Source of the DNA: Candidatus Dwaynesavagella gallinarum
GTDB taxonomy: Bacteria > Bacillota > Clostridia > Clostridiales > Clostridiaceae
Reading direction: 5' to 3'
Assembly: GCA_019120235.1 (NCBI GenBank)
Contig: DWVN01000037.1
Span: 800 to 32,799, forward strand
Length of the DNA: 32,000 bases
Shown here piece by piece: positions 25,851 through 32,000 of this stretch. Position 1 is the stretch's first letter; every line of letters starts with the position of its first letter. Made by a program: the position numbers and the translations under genes. A model generated the notes under the pieces. It was given only the letters and a program-made list of their open reading frames with translations, was not told the origin of the DNA and did not search any database.

Positions 25851-27098
25851 ATGAAAAATATTTATTTATTAAGAAGAAATAATGTATCAAATACCATGAG
25901 AAATGGTGATATGTGCATTATTTTTTCTGGTAAAGAAATAAGACTTAGTAGGGATCAAAATTATGATTTTAATGTAAATAAGAATTTTTTTTATTTAACA
26001 GGACTTAAAAATGAAAATTTAATTCTTTTTATGAAAAAAATAAATGGTGAAATAAAGTCTACGCTTTTTATTGAAAATAGAGATAAAGATAAAATAAAAT
26101 GGGTGGGAAAAACTATTTTAAAAGATGAGGCTATTTCTATAAGTTCTGTTGAAGAAGTAGAGTACTTAGATGAATTTGATACTTTTTTAAATAAAATATT
26201 TTTAGAAGAAGAGAGTCCAACTGTTTATTTTGATTTTGATCGTGATGATTATAGACATGATGTTTTATATTCTGAAAACTATGTTAATAATTTAAAACTT
26301 AAGTATCCAAACTTAGTAATTAAAAATATTTATCCTATTTTATCAAATTTGAGAATGGTAAAAGATGAAGTTGAAATTTTAAAAATTAGAGAATCTATTG
26401 ATATTACAAAAGTCGGTATTATAAATATTTTGAAAAATTTGAAACCTAATATGTATGAATACCAAATAGAGTCATATTTCGATTTTATGATTAAATATAG
26501 TGGAGCTGAGAATACTTCCTTTAAATCTATAGTAGCATCAGGAGAGAATGCAACAATTTTACATTATATAGAAAATGATAGTAAGATTAAAGATGGAGAT
26601 TTAGTTTTATTTGATTTGGGAGCAGAAAAAGATTGTTATAAAGCGGATATATCTCGTACTTTTCCATCAAATGGTAAATTTTCAGAAAGACAAAAAGAAT
26701 TATATAACATAGTGTTAAATGCTCAACTTAAAGTAATTGAAGCTATTTGTCCAGGTGTTACTCAAAAAGAATTAAATGAAATTGCAAAAGAGAATTTATA
26801 TTTAGGACTTAAAAAAATTGGAAAAATAAATGAGCGTGATGAAATTTCTAAATATTATTATCACGGTATAGGTCATTTATTAGGACTTGATACTCATGAT
26901 GTTGGAGGAAGAGATTTTGTTTATAAAGAAGGTATGGTTGTAACAGTTGAGCCAGGTCTTTACATAGAAGATGAAAAAATAGGTATTAGAATAGAAGATA
27001 ATGTTTTGGTTACAAAAGATGGTCATGAAGTATTATCGAAAGGTATAATTAAAACCGTTGAAGAAATTGAAGAATTTATAGAAAAAAATAGACAATAA
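25851..27098 (+). CDS. pepP: Xaa-Pro aminopeptidase (M24B family)
   Basis: M24 metal-ligand blocks FDLGAEKDCYKADISRT, HGIGHLLGLDTHD, VEPGLY and IRIEDNVLVT. GGAGGG RBS. Confidence 0.8.
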   Translation: MKNIYLLRRNNVSNTMRNGDMCIIFSGKEIRLSRDQNYDFNVNKNFFYLTGLKNENLILFMKKINGEIKSTLFIENRDKDKIKWVGKTILKDEAISISSVEEVEYLDEFDTFLNKIFLEEESPTVYFDFDRDDYRHDVLYSENYVNNLKLKYPNLVIKNIYPILSNLRMVKDEVEILKIRESIDITKVGIINILKNLKPNMYEYQIESYFDFMIKYSGAENTSFKSIVASGENATILHYIENDSKIKDGDLVLFDLGAEKDCYKADISRTFPSNGKFSERQKELYNIVLNAQLKVIEAICPGVTQKELNEIAKENLYLGLKKIGKINERDEISKYYYHGIGHLLGLDTHDVGGRDFVYKEGMVVTVEPGLYIEDEKIGIRIEDNVLVTKDGHEVLSKGIIKTVEEIEEFIEKNRQ

Positions 27099-27112
27099 AA
27101 ATTGGAGGTATA

Positions 27113-27922
27113 ATGGATAAAATATCGTTCCCAAATCTTGGGCTAGAATTTATGGTGAATAAAATAGCATTTTCTATTTTTGGAATAGATATTGCTTGGT
27201 ATGCTATAATAATAACTTTTGGAATTATTGTAGCCATGATGATTTCATATAGAAATGCAAAAGCGATGAAGTTGGATACGAATTTATTTATGGATGTATT
27301 TTTTTACATGATAATATTTGGGATTATTGGAGCTAGAATTTATTATGTAGTTTTTAATTTTGATTTGTATAGAGATGATTTATTAAGTGTATTTAATTTA
27401 AGAGAAGGCGGAATTGCAATATATGGAGCTATAATTTTTGGTGCTCTTACTGTTTTAATATATACTATGGTAAAGAAACAAAAATTTTTAGATTATACGG
27501 ATTGTATAGTTCCAGCTCTTGCTATTGCTCAAGCTATAGGTAGATGGGGAAATTTTGTAAATCAAGAAGCTTATGGATATGAGACAAATTCTCTTTTTGC
27601 AATGACTATAATGGAAAATGGAAAGTTTGTAACGGTTCATCCAACTTTTTTATATGAAAGTGTTTTAAATGTTGTAGTATTTATAATTCTCATGATATTT
27701 TTCAATAAGTTTAGGAAAAATTCTGGAGAAGTAACATACTTGTATGGAATTTTCTATGGTATTGGAAGATTTTTTATAGAAGGTATGAGAACAGATAGTT
27801 TATATTTAGGAATTTTTAGAATATCACAGATAGTTTCTTTAATACTAGTAATAGCTGGAACGGTTTTGTTTATTTACTCTAGATTTTACAAAAAACAAAT
27901 TAAAAATAGTCCTCTTTCATGA
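27113..27922 (+). CDS. lgt: Prolipoprotein diacylglyceryl transferase
   Basis: WYAIIITFGI, GARIYYV, GGIAIYGAI, the Lgt signature AIGRWGNFVNQEAYG, and FFIEGMRTDSL. 269 aa. Confidence 0.85.
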   Translation: MDKISFPNLGLEFMVNKIAFSIFGIDIAWYAIIITFGIIVAMMISYRNAKAMKLDTNLFMDVFFYMIIFGIIGARIYYVVFNFDLYRDDLLSVFNLREGGIAIYGAIIFGALTVLIYTMVKKQKFLDYTDCIVPALAIAQAIGRWGNFVNQEAYGYETNSLFAMTIMENGKFVTVHPTFLYESVLNVVVFIILMIFFNKFRKNSGEVTYLYGIFYGIGRFFIEGMRTDSLYLGIFRISQIVSLILVIAGTVLFIYSRFYKKQIKNSPLS

Positions 27923-27935
27923 GGACTATTTTTTT
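27906..27935 (+). terminator. Intrinsic terminator after lgt
   Basis: ATAGTCCTC (27906-27914), loop TTTCAT, GAGGACTAT (27921-27929), then TTTTTT. It overlaps the stop codon. Confidence 0.7.
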
Positions 27936-28038
27936 GTATTAAAGTGATAATTTAATTTTAAGTTGGTATTGTTATTATTTTACATTTGTTTTTTATAGAA
28001 TTTGTTTGGGGTGAATTTTGGTGATTTTTTTAATGGAT

Positions 28039-28290
28039 TTACTGATGAGTTTCATGTGTTTGAATGGTTTTGGGGGTTAATGTGGGTAATTTTAAATGTG
28101 TTTTTGTATTTGATGAATGGGTAGAAGTTTCAGATGTTTTATTAATTGTAGAAGCATTTGTTCTGTTAGATTCAATAATAAGCATTGATGCTCCGAGAGC
28201 AGCCATGCCAGTAAGACCTAAAACCATTATTTTATTTAAGCTTTTATTATAGTCTTGTATATTGTGTTTGTAAGAATTATATTTTGACAT
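28039..28290 (-). CDS. Small bitopic membrane protein (83 aa), paralogous N-terminus to the upstream gene
   Basis: TAAGGAGAGT RBS context identical to that of the 28345-28998 gene. The N-terminus ...YNKSLNKIMVLGLTGMAALGASMLIIE aligns with ...NAKLNKSIALTLAGMAAIGAGAAIGG of the neighbour. S/T/H-rich tail. Confidence 0.5.
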   Translation of the reverse strand: MSKYNSYKHNIQDYNKSLNKIMVLGLTGMAALGASMLIIESNRTNASTINKTSETSTHSSNTKTHLKLPTLTPKTIQTHETHQ

Positions 28291-28344
28291 AGGCTAACTC
28301 TCCTTAATTTATTTTTGAAATTTATAGATAAAGTTTGAGTTTAA

Positions 28345-28998
28345 TTATTTTCTAAAATATCCTTCTGTAGTTAAAACAGGTCCACCATTATTTTTTTGTT
28401 GATTATAAGCTTGTTGTTTATGTCCTCCGTCTTTTAATGTTAAGCTACTAGCATTTCCACCTTGAAATGGTTTTGTTTTATCTCCAAGTGAACCTACATT
28501 TGATAATTTTGGAGTTCCTTTACCACCTGTTGACGTTAATGATCCAGTTGAGCTTGAAGTTGAAGTTGTTGTTGTTAAAGTTGAAGTTTGAGTTTTTGGA
28601 GCAGTAGGTGAAGTGTTTTTATTTAACATTCCTGAACTTTCAGAAGTTTTTGGAAGTCCTGCAAATTGAGTTCCATTAGATCCTATTCTTCCAGAATTTA
28701 TAGACCCAGGAGCTCCGTGTAATACTCTTGAAGTTGCAACTCCAACTTTAGTAGAACTTATTTTTCCAATTGATCTAGGCATTTTAGTCATTGCTCCTCC
28801 AGCTATTTTACTTGCTAAACTTCCAACTCTTCCCATCATAGCTTGAGCATCTTGATTTTGTCCTCCAATTGCTGCTCCTGCTCCAATAGCAGCCATACCA
28901 GCTAATGTAAGAGCAATGCTTTTATTTAATTTTGCATTTTTCTTGTTTTTAGTTAAATTCTTATCCTTAATTTTATAATCACGATTATTTCTTCCCAT
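28345..28998 (-). CDS. Hypothetical bitopic membrane protein with long Gly/Ser/Thr-rich low-complexity ectodomain
   Basis: ATG 28998, 7 nt after AAGGAGAG; the track's GTG 29004 lies inside the RBS. Lys-rich N-terminus, one TM helix (IALTLAGMAAIGAGAAIGG), then about 170 aa of G/S/T/K-rich sequence including TSTLTTTTSTSSSTGSLTSTGG. No Cys. Confidence 0.55.
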   Translation of the reverse strand: MGRNNRDYKIKDKNLTKNKKNAKLNKSIALTLAGMAAIGAGAAIGGQNQDAQAMMGRVGSLASKIAGGAMTKMPRSIGKISSTKVGVATSRVLHGAPGSINSGRIGSNGTQFAGLPKTSESSGMLNKNTSPTAPKTQTSTLTTTTSTSSSTGSLTSTGGKGTPKLSNVGSLGDKTKPFQGGNASSLTLKDGGHKQQAYNQQKNNGGPVLTTEGYFRK

Positions 28999-29129
28999 AA
29001 GCACTCTCCTTAGTAATTTTTTTAACTATAGTATTTATTGTCGTTTTAGAAATAAATGTCTTTAGTTCATTTAATAAAAATTTTAATGTGTAAATACAAA
29101 TTTAAATTGTTTTAATTTTTTTTTTAAAG

Positions 29130-29138
29130 TGTTAAAAT
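29130..29138 (+). promoter_or_regulatory. Extended -10-like element (TGTTAAAAT) upstream of the S1-domain gene
   Basis: TGnTAAAAT match about 30 nt upstream of the AGGAGG at 29158. Confidence 0.3.
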
Positions 29139-29168
29139 GTATAAAGAAGTTTGTTTTAGGAGGTGGGG

Positions 29169-29207
29169 ATGTATTTATATAAATTTATTTTTATAAATAC
29201 ATTTTAG
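29169..29207 (+). CDS. Candidate 12-codon leader ORF (MYLYKFIFINTF) in front of the S1-domain gene
   Basis: AGGAGGTG (29158-29165) is ideally spaced, 5 nt, from ATG 29169. The ORF ends at TAG 29205-29207, 2 nt before the S1 ATG at 29210. The ORF sequence forms an 11-bp perfect but AT-rich hairpin (29169-29179 pairing with 29192-29202). Confidence 0.3.
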   Translation: MYLYKFIFINTF

Positions 29208-29209
29208 CT

Positions 29210-30355
29210 ATGGATAGAGATAAAAAAATAATGGAAGAACTAATGGATGATTCTTTAAGTTTTAAAAAAATAAAAAAGGGAAGCATACTAAAAGGAGAAA
29301 TAATTTCTTCATTAAAAGATGAAATTGTTGTTAATATAAATTATTTTTGTGACGGAATTGTAAGGAAAGAAGAACTTTTAAAAGATATAGTAGTTGGAGA
29401 AACATATTTAAAAGGTCAGCAAATAGATGTGTTTGTTGTTTCATTAGATGATGGATTTGGAAATGTATTATTATCTGAGAAAAAAGCTTATTATGAGAAT
29501 GCTATTAATGAGCTTAGAGAAATTTATAAAAATGGTAAAAAGGTTGAAGTTTTTGTTAAAGAAGAAGTAAATGCAGGACTTGTTTGTGACTTTAAAGGAG
29601 TTAGAGGATTTATTCCAAAATCAAGAGTTTCAATTAATAAAGTTAATTTGAGTGATTATTTAAATAAAGTTTTAGAAGTTGTTTTAATTGAATTTGATAT
29701 GAGTAAAAATAAAGTTGTATTTTCAAGAAAGGAAATAGAACAAGAGAAAATTGAAAAAAATAAGAGAGAACTTTTAAGTAGAATAAATGTTGGAGATAAA
29801 TTTTTAGGAACAGTTAAAAATATAAAGGATTTTGGAATCTTTGTAGATATTGGAGGAGTTCAAGGATTTGTACATAAATCTGAAATGACTCACAAGCAAA
29901 AATTTAATATTAATGATTTGGTTAAAGTTGGGGACAAGGTTAATGTTTATGTTTTAAATTATGATAAGGAAAATAACAAAGTATTATTAACTATGAAAGA
30001 TTCAAATTATAGTCCATTTTTAGAATATAAAAATGATTTCATAGAAGGAAATATATATGATGTTACTGTTTTAAAAATTGTATCTTCAGGAATTATTGTA
30101 TCTTTAAATGACGAATTAACAGGTTTTATACATGTAAGTGAAATTTCAGATGATATGGTAAATTTGAATAAATCATTTAAGGTAGGAGATAAAATAAAAG
30201 CTAAAATTTTATCTATAAACGGGGAAGATGAAAAAATATCTTTAAGTTATAAAAAAGTTTTTGAAGAAGAAAATGATTCTACTTATGTAGATAATGAAGT
30301 TTCAAATAGTACTCTTGGAGATGTTTTTAAGGATATTTTTTCAAAGTTAAAATAA
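29210..30355 (+). CDS. rpsA: S1 RNA-binding-domain protein (30S ribosomal protein S1-like, four S1 repeats)
   Basis: Four repeats of the S1/OB pattern: GSILKGEIIS..; VEVFVKEEVNAGLVCDFKGVRGFIPKS; GDKFLGTVKNIKDFGIFVDIGGVQGFVHKSEM; GNIYDVTVLKIVSSGIIVSLNDELTGFIHVSEIS. No Shine-Dalgarno directly upstream of ATG 29210. Confidence 0.75.
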   Translation: MDRDKKIMEELMDDSLSFKKIKKGSILKGEIISSLKDEIVVNINYFCDGIVRKEELLKDIVVGETYLKGQQIDVFVVSLDDGFGNVLLSEKKAYYENAINELREIYKNGKKVEVFVKEEVNAGLVCDFKGVRGFIPKSRVSINKVNLSDYLNKVLEVVLIEFDMSKNKVVFSRKEIEQEKIEKNKRELLSRINVGDKFLGTVKNIKDFGIFVDIGGVQGFVHKSEMTHKQKFNINDLVKVGDKVNVYVLNYDKENNKVLLTMKDSNYSPFLEYKNDFIEGNIYDVTVLKIVSSGIIVSLNDELTGFIHVSEISDDMVNLNKSFKVGDKIKAKILSINGEDEKISLSYKKVFEEENDSTYVDNEVSNSTLGDVFKDIFSKLK

Positions 30356-30377
30356 TTGTTTAAGGAGAATTTATATT

Positions 30378-31832
30378 ATGAGTAGGGTTTTAGAAAATAT
30401 CGAGCCTAAAGAGGTTTTAAAATATTTTGAGGATATAAGTAAAATTCCAAGAGCATCTAAGGAAGAAAAACAAATTAGTGATTATTTATTAAATTTTGCA
30501 AAAACATTGAATTTAGAAGTAGTACAAGATGAAAATTTAAATATTTATATGAGAAAGAAAGCAACACCTGGATATGAAAATGGAAAAACTGTTATTTTAC
30601 AAGGTCATATGGATATGGTTTGCGAAAAAAATGAGGGAACAATACACGATTTTAAAAAAGATCCTTTAAAACTTAGAGTTATTGATGGAAAAATTTATGC
30701 AACAGATACAACATTAGGAGCAGATAATGGTATAGCTGTAGCATATATAATGGCACTTATGGCATCAAAAGATATACCTCACCCTGAAATAGAAGCTTTA
30801 ATAACTGTTGATGAAGAAACTTCTATGAATGGTGCTAAAACTTTTGATCCTAGTTTTTTTAGAGGTAAATATTTAATAAATATTGATTCAACATATGACT
30901 CTAAACTTTTAGTGAGTTGTTCTGGAGGACTTAGAGCTTCTGTTACAAAAAAGGTTAATCATGAAGAGATTCAAGGAGAGATTGTTACAATAAAAGTAAG
31001 AGGATTAAAAGGTGGACATTCTGGAATTGATATTAATAAAGAAAGAGGAAATGCAAATAAAATACTTGGAAGAATTTTGATAAATATAGAGAAAAATTAT
31101 ACTAACATAAATATTGTATCTTTAAGCGGTGGTGCTAAAGATAATGCAATTCCAAGGGAAGCAGATTGTCAAATAGCTGTTGATTCTAGTGATGTTGACA
31201 ATATAATTTTAGCTGTTAAATCTGTAGAAGAAGTTATAAAAAAAGAGTTAGAATGTGAAGAAGAATTTAATGTTATAGTTTCTAAAAATGATAAACCTTT
31301 AAAAAATAATATGATTACAGTTAAAGATTCTAAAGATTTAATAGATTTAATGTACTTAATTCCAAATGGAGTAAAAACTCAAAGTATGGCTATAAAAGAT
31401 TTGGTTATAACTTCTAATAATTTTGGAGTTATTGAATATGATGGAGATACTGTAATTTTTAAAAATGCTATTAGAAGTTCTATAGATTCTGCAAAATATA
31501 ATGTTGTTAGGGAAATAGATATTTTAAGTCGTGCCTTTAGAGCTGTAACAAAAGAATCTGCATCATATCCAGGTTGGGAATATGATAAAAATTCAGAAAT
31601 TAGAGAGATTGCTCAAAGAGTTTATAAAAAAATGTTTAATGATGAAATGGAAGTTTATGCTATTCATGCAGGAGTTGAATGTGGACTTATAAAGGAAAAA
31701 TTACCACATCTTGATATGGTATCCTTTGGTCCAATCATTAAAGATAATCATACTCCAGGTGAATGGGTTTCTATAGGTTCAACAAAAAAAGTTTGGGAAT
31801 TTTTAAAGGCAATATTATCTGATATAAAGTAG
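30378..31832 (+). CDS. pepD: Aminoacyl-histidine (Xaa-His) dipeptidase, M20 family
   Basis: PepD-type N-terminus LEPKEVLKYFEDISKIPRASKEEKQISDYL. Metal-site blocks LQGHMDMV, GADNGIAVA and TVDEETSMNGA. HTPGEW near the C-terminus. 484 aa. Confidence 0.85.
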   Translation: MSRVLENIEPKEVLKYFEDISKIPRASKEEKQISDYLLNFAKTLNLEVVQDENLNIYMRKKATPGYENGKTVILQGHMDMVCEKNEGTIHDFKKDPLKLRVIDGKIYATDTTLGADNGIAVAYIMALMASKDIPHPEIEALITVDEETSMNGAKTFDPSFFRGKYLINIDSTYDSKLLVSCSGGLRASVTKKVNHEEIQGEIVTIKVRGLKGGHSGIDINKERGNANKILGRILINIEKNYTNINIVSLSGGAKDNAIPREADCQIAVDSSDVDNIILAVKSVEEVIKKELECEEEFNVIVSKNDKPLKNNMITVKDSKDLIDLMYLIPNGVKTQSMAIKDLVITSNNFGVIEYDGDTVIFKNAIRSSIDSAKYNVVREIDILSRAFRAVTKESASYPGWEYDKNSEIREIAQRVYKKMFNDEMEVYAIHAGVECGLIKEKLPHLDMVSFGPIIKDNHTPGEWVSIGSTKKVWEFLKAILSDIK

Positions 31833-31875
31833 TTTTGTTATAATGTGATAGCTAGTTTCAGGAAGGAGGCTTTTT

Positions 31876-32000
31876 ATGAAGGCTTCAAAAATTAAACATA
31901 AGTACAGAAACTTTGGAATTAAAAACTTAATGTTTGTAATAATTTCTGCGAATATTTTGGTTTATTTATTATCTATGTTTGGAAACATTAATTTGTCTTT
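31876..32000 (+). CDS. Hypothetical membrane protein, N-terminal fragment (continues beyond window)
   Basis: GGAAGGAGG RBS plus ATG 31876. Translation: MKASKIKHKYRNFGIKNLMFVIISANILVYLLSMFGNINLS.... Basic N-terminus followed by a TM helix. Too short to assign. Confidence 0.4.
   Translation, partial: MKASKIKHKYRNFGIKNLMFVIISANILVYLLSMFGNINLS

Noticed and set aside
28064-28252. 62-aa + strand ORF
   Set aside because: Antisense to the 83-aa minus-strand gene, which has a strong RBS and a paralogous N-terminus with its neighbour. The + strand ORF has no RBS.
1-32000. Scan for CRISPR repeats, IS or transposase genes, integrases, phage modules, tRNA or rRNA genes, and recognisable toxin-antitoxin or restriction-modification pairs
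   Set aside because: I saw no regularly spaced direct repeats, no recombinase or transposase-like ORFs, and no tRNA-like G/C-rich cloverleaf islands in the AT-rich spacers. Gene content is overwhelmingly housekeeping, so I do not claim a mobile or defence island here.

Overview
The window is very AT-rich (about a quarter G+C by eye, not computed). Genes are tightly packed and mostly on the + strand. The content looks like core chromosome of a low-GC anaerobe, Clostridia-like; Fusobacteria or Brachyspira cannot be excluded from sequence alone.

Recognisable content in order:
- speE (partial) and speD, polyamine genes
- a TtcA-like PP-loop ATPase
- a peroxiredoxin missing from the ORF track because its peroxidatic Cys codon is an in-frame TGA (probable selenocysteine, PrxU-like)
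- a TetR regulator
- glnS
- a large GHL10 plus amidase_3 cell-wall protein
- a copper cluster (DUF4250, copA, SNase-like lipoprotein, copZ)
- ileS (type 2)
- a LacI regulator
- spmA and spmB
- queD and folE
- kbl and tdh (threonine to glycine)
- pepP, lgt, an S1-domain protein, pepD

I found no rRNA or tRNA genes, CRISPR arrays, integrases, transposases or obvious island boundaries.

I cannot point to a convincing multi-gene novel system. The best candidates are all orphans that I cannot assign by eye:
1. A stand-alone 355-aa protein (8324-9391) fusing a UvrD-like P-loop module to a LexA/S24-like C-terminal barrel that seems to lack the catalytic Ser.
2. A 734-aa Cys-free membrane-anchored protein (13034-15238), followed by tandem small glycine-zipper single-pass membrane paralogs, including a decayed third copy.
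3. A second pair of paralogous small or disordered membrane proteins (28039-28998).

Regulatory oddities are also reported:
- a SECIS-like hairpin
- a tandem 9-mer at the prxU promoter
- a 17-bp palindrome
- a promoter followed by a perfect hairpin in front of ileS, with no T-box
- a 12-codon leader ORF that holds the only Shine-Dalgarno sequence in front of the S1 gene

All functional calls come from reading motifs in the translations. No database search was possible.
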